A DNA stretch of 40,266 bases from Ionaspis alba (taxonomy: Eukaryota): the NCBI GenBank assembly GCA_964255285.1, contig CAXUUL010000064.1, positions 1-40,266 on the forward strand. Direction: 5' to 3'. A program made the translations under genes and the position numbers. Under the pieces are notes generated by a model. The model had not been told where the DNA came from. It saw nothing but the letters and a program-made list of their open reading frames with translations, and ran no database searches. Positions 1 through 10,512 of this stretch are shown piece after piece (within the stretch, counting starts at the first letter, position 1; each line of letters starts with the position of its first letter).

Positions 1-404
1 ACTGACCAGCTCTTCGTGGCCCTCTCGGCCCGATGAGGGGAATATTAGTAAGGTCGGCATTTACAGAAGTCCGACGAAACTGCTATTGGCGCGCCGATTA
101 TTCAGCTTCATACATATTCCATGCCGCCTCTAATTTCCTCGAATTTTCTGCCCTCCCAGTCTTTCGCTCTCTATCTTCTTGTACATAAACATCAGATCCA
201 ATTCCTCGACCTTTAAAGTCTCTCCCTTCGCTTGCCTTGTCCGTGCAACGAGCAGCCGCCAGCTTGGACCAGTACTGACCCAAACCCCCAGAGCATCTCC
301 ATCGTCACAGCTACCTCTTTCAAAGGTTTTCGGATCTCTTACGAAAGTGTTGCGCCCTATATCATCGACTTACATTTACTTAACGGCCGAGTCTCGAAGT
401 CGTC

Positions 405-2298
405 ATGGATATCGTCGACCGCGATTTGGAAAAGGCGGAAAGGGCTGCAAGCCCTAGCCGTTTCCCCGAGCCTGAAGTCAAAGAGAATGAGCAATTACAC
501 AGACCGGTTTCAGCAACATCAAGCTCGACTGGGTCTTCCTCGTCATCGTCAGCGTCCGTCGTCCGACAGGAGATCGGGATGTCACGCTTGAACACCCAGC
601 GAGATCTGGAGAGACATCCAACGGAATTGAGCCGGATCCAGACCCAGAGAAGCCAACACCTTAGTACAGTCGGACGAAGCTTGAAATCCAGAGAATCTCG
701 GAAGCCCTTACCCGAATTTGGAGGCGGAAAGCCATATCCACCTCCACTACCCGAACAAGAGGAATATGTCGTGGAGTTTGATGGGCCAGACGATCCACTT
801 CATCCGCAGAATTGGGCTCTGAAGAAGAAGTACGATAGGTCCATGCTTGTATGTGTGAGGTGACACGACTGACCGGAGCCTAGAATCTTCCTAGCTATCA
901 TCCTTGGGTTTACCACCCTGGTTTCTGCCTTCACGAGCAGTATCTTCTCCGCCGCGACTGGTGCTGTGGCAGCCGAATTTGGGGTCTCCATTGAAGTCGG
1001 CATCCTCGGAATATCACTTTATGTTTTGGGCTTCGCCACGGGACCCATACTCTGGGCTCCGTTATCAGAACTGAGAGGCAGAAGATTGCCGCTACTGTTA
1101 TCAATGTTCGGATTCTCAATATTCCAGGTTGCCACTGCCACTGGAAAAGATCTCCAAACTGTTCTACTTAGTCGTTTCTTCGGGGGCTTGTTTGCATCAT
1201 GCCCATTAGCCGTCGTTGCCGCGGTATTCTCAGACATGTTTAACAACGAAACCCGCGGTCTGGCCGTGACGGTTTTCTCAATGACGGTGTTTACTGGACC
1301 CCTCCTGGCTCCCTTCATAGGAGGCTTCATCACCGATAGTTATCTCGGGTGGAGGTGGACAGAATACATTGTCGCCATTATGGGTTTTGTGGCCTTTGGT
1401 CTCGACCTCATCTTCCTTGAGGAGTCTTACCCTCCCGTGGTGCTGGTCTCGAAAGCCGCGGAACTTCGTCGGAGAACCAAAAACTGGGGCATACATGCCA
1501 AACAAGAGGAAATCGAGGTTGATTTCCGCGAGCTGGTGTCTAAAAATTTCAGCAGGCCTCTACGCCTTCTCTTCACTGAACCCATTGTTCTACTCCTCAG
1601 TATCTACATGGCCTTCATCTATGGCCTTCTCTACCTCTTCTTGACAGCATATCCAATTGTCTTTCAGCAGATCCACGGCTTCAACGGAGGAGTTGGCGGC
1701 CTACCATACTTCGGCATGATTCTTGGTATGCTCTTTGCCGGCTTTCTTATGATCCTCGATCAACCTCGATACGCAAAGAAATTGGCTGCTAATAACAACG
1801 TACCAATCCCTGAATGGCGCCTTCCCCCGGTCATCGCTGGAGGAGCCTCCTTTGCGTTGGGTCTTTTCTGGTTTGGCTGGTCTGGCTACCGAGCAGATAT
1901 CCATTGGATTGTACCCACATTGTCAGGTCTACTGACCGGTTTCGGTCTACTTGCCATATTTCTACAATCTCTCAATTATATCGTCGACGCGTACCTCATG
2001 TTGTAAGTATCACATTGAACGCAATGGAATTGATTCGGCTGATCCTTTCTGCAGCGCTGCTTCCGCAATTGCAGGGAATACATTTCTGCGATCACTTGCA
2101 GGTGCCGGTTTCCCACTTTTTTCACAATACATGTTCAAAGCCCTCGGGGTCAATTGGACAGGGACACTGCTTGGGTGCGTTGCGGCTCTTCTCGTACCTA
2201 TACCTGCTCTGTTCTGGAAATACGGTGCTAGAATCAGGGAAAAGAGCAAATTTGCACCTACTTTTCCGAAGCCTGAGGGGTCAAGTCACAATGAATGA
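405..2298 (+). CDS. MFS multidrug/polyamine transporter, DHA1 family (595 aa; exons 405-829, 884-2002, 2055-2298)
   Basis: DHA1 motifs VVEFDGPDDPLHPQNW, GPILWAPLSELRGRR, LGWRWTEY, ESYPPV, PEWRL and YIVDAY-FAASAIAGNTFLRS. Introns 830-883 (GTACGA..CTGAC..TAG) and 2003-2054 (GTAAGT..CTGAT..CAG) join three ORFs in frame. Confidence 0.95.
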
Positions 2299-2473
2299 TA
2301 TACAGGTCTTAAGTACCTACTTCTCGGTACTGACACAAATCGTACCCTCCCAGAGTCGTGTACTCTGCATATGTGGTTTCAGCTCTATAGTCATGGACTA
2401 CTGCTCTTTTGATAGACGGTTGCTCATTAAGCCGGCTGCGACCTCGTTTGGCACGATCAAGCCCTTCACTCCT

Positions 2474-2624
2474 AACAAGATTTTACACGTGGACAGAAGC
2501 ATATAGCGTGCTGAAACCAAAACCTAGTGAAACCCAAGCTCTGCATTCTGAACAGGGTTTCTGACATGGACAGAAGCGGATAGCAGGCTGAAGCCAAATT
2601 CTAGAGAAAACCACAACCTCCGCA
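2474..2624. repeat. Imperfect tandem duplication, about 77-bp unit, two copies
   Basis: TGGACAGAAGCATATAGCGTGCTGAAACCAAAACCTAG at 2490 and TGGACAGAAGCGGATAGCAGGCTGAAGCCAAATTCTAG at 2567, with similar flanks. Confidence 0.8.
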
Positions 2625-2636
2625 AAAAGACCAATT

Positions 2637-3410
2637 TCAAACCTCGTTCAGTCCAACTGTATTTGTTATGGGAGACGCTAGGCCGGGATTGGCTACATGT
2701 GCCCGGTAGCCGTTCGGAGCCCGCGTTGTTCTACGATGGACAAGTACTTCCCGACAACACGGACACATGAGAACAATTTGCTGAGTTGTGTCGATGACGT
2801 GTCGCCCACATCTACAGTGGGGAACAAGCCGCGATTGGCCGCCGCGGGCCTCCGCACGATGAGGCGTCCATACCTATTGTGCTTGTGCGTGTACTCCAGT
2901 GCTTGTAGATAGCGATCTCCACGAGCACGCAATTGACCTAGCGCGTCGTGTATACATCTCTAGCATCGCAGCCTATTGCGGATTGTCCGGGTGCATACGC
3001 ACTCTGTTCTTCTTTGGGGAAACCGTGCTAATTCCAGATCCATACACTGTCTGCATACCGGAACCGACATACTGATCAAGTTTTGCAGTCGTACCGCTGC
3101 CACAATGAGTGTGTACTGGTAACACAGTCTGCAAACACCTTCAGGAGCTTAAACGTCGCCCCCCAAGTGGCTTGCTGCTCCTAGTACGTCATTCGATTGG
3201 GGCAGAGCAGCATTCCAAAGGCGCAGTCTTTGGGGCATTTGGCAACCCAGAAAATGATCGATGCCCTGGCAGGGCAGGACTGGATTTGTAGGGTTGGGCC
3301 CTAACTGATTGGCCTGATGAGTACAAGAACCCCTGACCGAATTGTTACCATTCTGATTGCCGCGACGATTTCCCCGGCAGAGATAGTTGGGTGGCGTAGG
3401 GGGCTGCCAT
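2637..3410 (-). pseudogene. Degenerate tandem paralog of the adjacent Cys-rich gene at 4081-4872
   Basis: Manual minus-strand translation gives MAAP/TPPNYLCRG...NPVLPCQGID...GDV*APEGVCRLC...VCRQCMDLELARFPQRRTECVC...LRC*RC...RGL/PHCRCG...VLMCPCCREVLV...*, colinear with the neighbour's Cys pattern. In-frame TAA at 3149-3151, TAG at 2960-2962, frameshifts near 3398 and 2820. Confidence 0.85.
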
Positions 3411-4080
3411 GTTCTTGTCTCATACCAACGACTGAGGTGCAATGGCTATCTGATAAGCTATTGGGATGATGCACGATGGCAAAACGAGAGGGAGCAAGGG
3501 GCATTTTCAATGCAAGAATGTCAGTTCTACCGGATCCGGTCGAGATTTGCCTTTTATCTCACAAAACAGTGAACGAAAGGCCTTGAGAAGTGCTGATTCA
3601 TTGTCGTTCCAAACAAATGCATTTGATCTTTACGACAGAATCAAGAAGTCGATTTTCAATGAATGAATACAGATTTCACTATACTGGATGCGAATAATCA
3701 AGCCGGACAAGATTACTGTTAGACCAGAATTTACCCCACTCCAGCCCCAAACATGTTTCGGAGTATGGGCTCTCGTTTTGGTGAAAGTGCTCTCATTAAA
3801 GCGACTCGCTCATCTCCAGAGCGTCTGTTAGATCAAGCCAAGGAAGGGGAATATAAAGTTTGCAAAACGGATACGATGATAGTGCTATTTCTTTTCCACG
3901 CCATTGAGCAACCATTCTTGACCCAGACGTGTATCTATCTTTCCACTCTGTCCTTAGCCCGTTCAAAGCGTATATTGCGACTTCGAAACGAATAGTTCTG
4001 GCTCATACTCATGCATTTCGATCCAGGAAAACTCGATGCTATCCGTATGTGACGAGCATTTTTAGATTTATCTCCTTGCT

Positions 4081-4872
4081 TCACAACGGATTGCCTGTGG
4101 CGGCGTCGAACATCGGGTACACAAGTGGCCGCCTAGGCCGTACATATCTCTGATTGGGCGGTGGTCTCGCCACAATGACTTCCCGGCAGGCATAACAGTG
4201 GAATACAGTCCTCTGAAACGGTGTAGCTCTTCGTTCGCCGCACCGGCACCTAGGTAGGCCCCTTGGATTCGTCGTGGCAGGATGGGTTGGATCAAATATA
4301 ACCCCTTGAGGAGTGGCCCGTGATTGCCTCAGATGTGTTTTATATTGATTCCCAAGTAGCTCAAGCTGATGGGCTGTTTGCCAAATGCACTCACTACAGC
4401 CGGCTTCTTCGATCCGCTCACTACACTTGCATCGGTCCTTGCCCCTGGGGTAACGCCATAATTCCCTGGCCTGGCAATCGAGACAAGTAGCTGCAAGATT
4501 GTTTCTCAAGACGTCTCGGATCCGTCCCGTGTCAAATGTGGCATCTCGACAGCGATCACAGACGAAGCCGGTATTGACCAGTCCAATTGGTCCAGCCACA
4601 TGACCACGACCATTTGTGTTGATCTGCTGCTGAGTTCGTGCTGGCGCTGGGTTCAGCTGGTGAATAGTAGCAATTCCTAGATCAGGGTTGATGTTGTTAC
4701 AAGGTTCAACGGGATTGTGGTTGGCCACGGGCACTCTACGCGCCGTACTACTTGGAGTTGTTTGACCTTGGGGCCACGGACATGGACCTGCTCGTGGGTT
4801 CGTCATAATTCCTCGGAGTTGTTCTCGGCAGAAACCTTGTTGAGGTACGAAAACTGGGATTTGTGCAGCCAT
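4081..4872 (-). CDS. Cys-rich (putative Zn-binding) hypothetical protein, 263 aa
   Basis: Intact ORF with good start context (AAAATGG) and motifs CxxC, CxxC, CxC, CxxC, CRCG, CxxC. The spacing of these motifs is conserved in the adjacent paralog. Confidence 0.8.
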   Translation of the reverse strand: MAAQIPVFVPQQGFCREQLRGIMTNPRAGPCPWPQGQTTPSSTARRVPVANHNPVEPCNNINPDLGIATIHQLNPAPARTQQQINTNGRGHVAGPIGLVNTGFVCDRCRDATFDTGRIRDVLRNNLAATCLDCQARELWRYPRGKDRCKCSERIEEAGCSECIWQTAHQLELLGNQYKTHLRQSRATPQGVIFDPTHPATTNPRGLPRCRCGERRATPFQRTVFHCYACREVIVARPPPNQRYVRPRRPLVYPMFDAATGNPL

Positions 4873-6101
4873 TTTTCAAACGGGCAGATCAAAAATGATT
4901 CGTGGTAATTCCGAACCTTCAGGAGTTCGACGAAACGATGAGGCGGGCTTTATCCTTCTTCTCAATTCGAGCCTCTGCCTAATTCTTATAACCGCATCCG
5001 GCGACTGACGAAAAGCCATTGTTCTGGTTCGTATATTTGGATCCATACCACAGGGACCACAACGCATTCGCGGGAATTGAAATGGAACACAACACAGAGA
5101 TAAACACGAAGTGGCAGCAAAACCCGTAGAAGTCTTATGATAGATACTTCGGGACACAGATGAAATGTCCAGTTTCGGTATTTTGAGATATGTTAGGACG
5201 ATGTAGATTACCTTTCCACAAAGAAAATGAGCTGTCCAGTGTGAATTCTCCATGAATTCCATATAACCTCAAGACTTTCATGAGGTTCATTAAAACAAAT
5301 CCATCTGAATCCTCCCCTCTTCTGCTTCTGTGACGGCCTAGTAGACTCGGTCCACAGACAGTATACCCGCCTCCTCGTCTTCATCAACCTAATTGCATGC
5401 ACTAATCCTTCGGCTGCTACTATGCTGCGATATGCAAGGTAGTGTCTCGCGACCAGGCTCGCATGATTCGTGTGCTCTCTGCCATATGTATGCGCGTAGA
5501 AGTGCTTCTGCAGGCCTGTTGGTAAATACCGTCACCATGGACCAGCGTAGAGTGGATCGAATGAGTGGGACGCTATTGTTGACGCTGCTGTACTTCTAAG
5601 GCAGAGTTCTGCGAAGATCCGGCAGGCAGCCAATCGTATTACAGCCCGCCCGGCATTAATAGTGCACCAGGACACTCAGAGCGTGCATGAGTACAGTGAA
5701 AAGAATGAACTAGAGCAGGATTTCCAATGTACGCGAAAGACGAATGAAGTCCCAGAGAGAAGTCAATAGGGAACCCAGTGTATAGCAGTGCTTTGCCGCG
5801 ATACTAGAAGAATGTGACAACAACGCGTGAGCAGATCCAAATCCCTATTCTTTGGGAGAGCAAGAAACAAAGAAATTGCCAGTCTACCGTGCGTGAGCGC
5901 TATTGCCTGACCCAATTCCCTAATAGATGAAACGCTTTGGCAGAAAGATTCTGAAGGTCCCAATGGATCCGATTACTCACTACCTGAGCGTTGGCTAGAG
6001 CTTCGTATCACGTTGTCTGGCTGAGCAGCACTGAATGCGAGACATTCCAGCATTGACCTAGCTTATCGTGGGAATGCCTCCCGAGTAATCTTCTGTACCC
6101 G

Positions 6102-7279
6102 TCATGGACCAATGGTTTCGGGTTGACGGTTCTCAAGATCGAGGAGTACGTCCTGCTCTCTTAAATCGTCAAAGACATCGTGGCTCATACATCTCTCGTG
6201 GTCAAAATACGGCTGGAATTCCCAGTACAGCGTTTCCTGGAATCAACTTAGCTTACTGCACATATCACGATTAACGCTACCGCGGGTCTCGTGTAGCGCT
6301 CCTCTCGCACCAACAATAACAAAACTCACCGGTGTGCTTGCCATGCGGAAGTTGAACTCTGCTTCTTTATCCCCGATAATTCTCCTGTTCTTGCCCCCTT
6401 CTACAGCCATGACCCTCAATTGCACGTCGCAGCACCTCTCCAACAGTCCGAACAAAAAGCCAGCCTCATCCACCGTATTTCCCACAGTCAACAAGCCATG
6501 GTTTGCCAACACCAGCCCTTTCCCGAACTTACCCAAGGCTCGAGCAATCGCCTCTCCTTCCTCTACTGCGCCTCTCCCTACAGCCACCCCGCCGTAGTCT
6601 CCATAGATTTTCCCAGCCTCACCATAGAAGTTACACACGTCCTGGTCCAGCATCTCCAATTGCTTACCCATGGCGCTCCACGCCTTTCCGGCTACCGTAT
6701 GCGCATGACACGCAGCATTCACGTCTGGGCGCGCACAGTGAACAGCAGCATGGATTGCCCATCCAGCTTTGTTCGCTGGCCGCTTCAATCTGTTGCCTGC
6801 CAAGATGACCTCCCCACGACTCTCGTCGTCAGAGACTAATAGCATATCGCTCGCACGTAGGAGACCGAAATGCACAGCGAGGGGATTCATCCAGAAGAGA
6901 CTGGGGAACTCGGGGTCACGTAGGGAGATGTGGCCGCTCATGCCTTCGGTGAAGCCAGCGCGCGACCAGTGCCGGAAAACAGCGGCCATATGTGATAAGG
7001 CCCAGGCGCGGTGGGCCGCGAAAGAGGGGTGGCTGGGGATGCCTGCCAAGTACAAGTCAGAAGATTGCTTGGTGTTTCAAAAGGTAGGCGCGCATTCAAG
7101 GAAAGAGGGAAGGTTAAGATCTGGAATCGGAAAACTGAAGGCGTACCCGGTAGTCTGGGGCCATGGCAAATGGCATCGAGAGACGATTCTGTCTCTCGAC
7201 CATTGGCAACTAAAAGTGAATCTTCGACTAGAGGAGCACTGCTGTGGCTGAAGCTTCCAGAGATAGCGGATGGCGCCAT
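6102..7279 (-). CDS. Class II aldolase/adducin-domain protein (326 aa; exons 7279-7147, 7042-6330, 6236-6102)
   Basis: EGMSGHISLRDPE, FWMNP, IHAAVH..ARPDVNAACHAHT and LANHGLLTVG (metal-binding HxH..H intact); C-terminal ETLYWEFQPY. Introns 7146-7043 (GTACGC..CTGAC..CAG) and 6329-6237 (GTGAGT..CAG). Confidence 0.92.
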
Positions 7280-7463
7280 TGTTTGCCGATGATGTGGATG
7301 GCAACGTGTTACATCGGAAAGCTGTTGTGAAGCCAGTAGTGGAGAGACAGGCAAGGGCAGGGGAGCTTTGATTGTAGAATAAGATTGTATCGTGCATCAA
7401 GACTGCCGAACGCATCCAGCCGAGCAATTCACAGGTACTACGAGATCCGTCGAACGAAACATG

Positions 7464-7470
7464 TTTTATA
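7464..7470 (-). promoter_or_regulatory. Possible TATA box (TATAAAA) of the class II aldolase gene
   Basis: TATAAAA on the minus strand about 185 bp upstream of the ATG at 7279. Motif match only. Confidence 0.3.
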
Positions 7471-7759
7471 AAGACTGCAATCAGGTGTCTAGCAGGTAGC
7501 AAAAGTTTTACTCGACGTCAGTCAGTCATACATTGGTGTATCCTCTATGGACAAACACGTCCATTACTTCCAAAGTCCTCGTCCAATATCCGGTCTACTC
7601 AACATGATAAAGTCTTCAATTGTGGAGCCGAGGAAATACGATCAGCTCTCCAAGCCGGAAACATCCAAAATCAAACCCCCCAAAAAAAACTTCCAAGAAG
7701 TAGATAAGAGATCCCTCAATTGGGCCCCTCCTTTCAAACTCCGCCCAGCGTTCCCACGC

Positions 7760-9279
7760 TCATATCTCATCCTTCTTCTTCAACACCTTAATCGGCCTCT
7801 TTCTCTTCACGCAGACTGTTTGCGCTGGTGCTGCCGCCGTACCATGCGTGCAACCACCCGGACAGTAGTAGGACGTCACAGTAGCAAGCTCGGTGGCTGT
7901 CGAAAGATAAATCGAAGATCCAGAGGTGATGGTGAAGGTTTTCGTGGTCAGATATTGCGAGATATGAGTTGACGTACTTTGCTGCGTAGGGGGCGATGGC
8001 GGTGGAGGAAGGAAAGTAGGTCCAGCCATGGAGGTACATCCTCCGTAACAGCTAATGTAGGTTGACACGGCTGTTGTGGTAACGGTCTTGGTGCTGATTG
8101 ATTCTGGAGGGCAGCTCGACACTCCGGCTCCACAGAGGGTGATTGTGGAGAGGAATGTGACATATGCCGTAGTTGTCATGGTGTTCGTGACTTGACTGTA
8201 AGCCGTAGTTGTGACAGTTCCCGCAATCCCCGAACCATCTGTTGTTGTGATCGTCACCGTGACAGGTCCTAGATAGGTAGTCGTGATCGTAGCAGCAGCC
8301 CCACTTGTGTACGTCGTCGTTACTGTAGCAGTGGCTCCGCTTGTGTAGGTCGTTGTGAAAGTGGTTGTGACCTCGCTAGTGGCAGTCCTAGTGGTAGTGA
8401 CTGCTGCTCCAGCACCGTTGATCGTTGTGATGACGGTCGTGACAGGGCTAGTATACAAGGATGTTACGACTGATGTCACTGGACTTGTAAAGGTAGTGGT
8501 TAACGTAGAAGTTGCTCTGGTCGAGAAAGTAGTTGTGACGATGGATGTGACTTGACTGATCGCAGTGGTCGTAACGGTTACGGTCGATGGAGCTTCTGTG
8601 GTGCCGAAGACAGGGGCGGCAGGAGCAGCAGCCGTCGGATCATCAGGTGCTGGTACAATGTGCAAGCCGATCCCCAATTGCACATTTGCGCATCGTGAGA
8701 TGTCATCTGGCATATTGAAATAACAACCGCAGTATGCATATGCTTGAAGGCTGGGCCATGTCAGTATCAGCCCGAGTGATGATAAAGAGTGGTCACCAAC
8801 GTAATATCGCCACAATCCTGATATCCAGTTGTAGCGTCAGCGCACGCGGTTTGATTGTTGTTGTATTGGATGAGGCACGCGTTCAAAACGGTATAGTAAT
8901 GCTGGCAGGTGGAAGTGGTCGAGGTATTTGCATAACCGTTTCTTTGACCACCATCAGCTCGAGAAACTGACCTGGAACTATTGTTGCAAAACTCACAATT
9001 GCCTGACACATTTTTTGATACTGTTCTGCGGATTCTGCTTGCAAGCGGCGAGGAAGATCTAGGGGGGGAGCCGTAAGCCGGAGTGATGCCCTTCGAGTGG
9101 GCAAAACTTACAGCTGTTGCGTTGACATGCGGTGCCGCTTGGGGACATGAACTTGCAGCAATTTTTCTTCCTGCGACTTCTTCCAGGGCCGTGTGGTTGC
9201 CCAGAAATTGGACACTGTACACTCCGGGAAGTAGGAGTAGCGGCGACAGAAGTGTCAGTAAGGTCTTGAGGAGTACCAT
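7760..9279 (-). CDS. Secreted protein: signal peptide, 10-Cys N-terminal domain, Thr-rich 12-aa repeats, basic tail (453 aa; exons 9279-9112, 9058-8997, 8941-8801, 8750-7760)
   Basis: Hydrophobic N-terminus MVLLKTLLTLLSPLLLLPGVYS. Introns 9111-9059 (GTAAGT..TAG), 8996-8942 (GTGAGT..CTGAT..AAG) and 8800-8751 (GTTGGT..CTGAC..CAG) give a continuous 1362-nt frame. Confidence 0.85.
8153..8584 (-). repeat. Coding tandem repeat: 12 units of 12 aa (36 nt), consensus T-x-T-[VIL]-T-T-T-[YFA]-x-S-x-[VA]
   Basis: TVTVTTTAISQV/TSIVTTTFSTRA/TSTLTTTFTSPV/TSVVTSLYTSPV/TTVITTINGAGA/AVTTTRTATSEV/TTTFTTTYTSGA/TATVTTTYTSGA/AATITTTYLGPV/TVTITTTDGSGI/AGTVTTTAYSQV/TNTMTTTAYVTF; no indels. Confidence 0.9.
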
Positions 9280-10512
9280 GGTGGTGAACGAGCGACAGAA
9301 ACTGACCAAACAACGACACGGATGTACTATATAAGAGCGATAACGAAGATGGTGACAGAAGATGAATGTTGAAGCTCAGTCTGTCAAATTTGGCATATGT
9401 AAGGCCGGAAATTGCGACTGTAAAAGATGTTCTCGTCCATTATCGATCAAAACATCTGGCATTCCTCGCTTTGCCCGGGAATGTCGCCGGCAGGGAAATC
9501 ATGGTGAGTCCCGTTTCCGGAAAAGTGGCACTGCAGCTCCACGTGCTGATCAATCACCAATTGAATGATCAAGTGGCGATCTGGAGATTGCTTGTTTTGA
9601 CGTTTGCAGAGAGAGTAATCTTCACGAGCTTGGGTGGAGAGAGAATTTGGTGGAAGCGGTAAGGTACATTCCTATGCGCTCGAGGCTGTGGATGATTCAT
9701 CCATTGCAGCAGAAGGCAGGGCTTGCAGCAACTTCGTTCAATGACACCCGTGGCAAGCTTGAGATAATTTGCAGTTTCTGATTATGATGTGTACATGTAT
9801 TCTGCAACCCGTCGAGCACGCACTCTTGTCGTGTTCTTTCCGTCGGGCTGCACGATCGCACACAGCAAAGCATGAGATCCATTCCATACCACGCACGCAT
9901 GGATTAGTCAGGTCAGCTGCAAGTCGTTGCTTCGAGTTCCAACATTCTTGCAGCCACCCTCACGCGGCGTACCCACGACGGCGATGAGTTGCTACGGGTG
10001 AAGCGATCGGCATGGGACCCAGAGTTCACACAACATCTTCCAACACCTGCCATAGAAACGAATCAACCCACAGGGGTCGGACAACTCTGGGAGGTTATGA
10101 CGTAGTGTATCTACGTAACGGCGAACACGCCATTCGGACTGCCAGTCTCAAACTCGATTGGAGGACGGGAAGCTGTTCAGGTGTACAAAATCTCTGAAAT
10201 GATTGGTTGATTGCTGAGTACATGGGACAGATTCCACGTTCTCGCCACCACAGAAGGATTGCAATTGTTCATAGAGTTTTTTTTCTGCATAGGTTCTCCG
10301 CAGAACTCTGTTGCGTTGCTGGATTGAGCGTGTACTCGAGGCTTGGATCAATGTGACTTGAGGGAGGAGGTTCCAGAAACCCGAGGAGAGGTTGAAAACA
10401 CATCAGGGCCACAATACATCCATACGGAAAGGAAGTGTCGTGGACATAATACGAGGAAAGTCGAAGGAGCTTCAGCAGCCGGACTTTTGTCCCTCAGCTT
10501 CAAGGATTTCTC

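Noticed and set aside
1814..2506. 230-aa ORF, and the many other alternate-frame or antisense ORFs over real genes (e.g. 6420-6839, 35390-35965, 38269-38787)
   Set aside because: Shadow frames of well-supported genes, with no independent protein features.
405..9279. Secondary-metabolite gene cluster (MFS plus aldolase-fold enzyme)
   Set aside because: No PKS, NRPS, terpene synthase, tailoring oxidoreductases or cluster regulator in the window.
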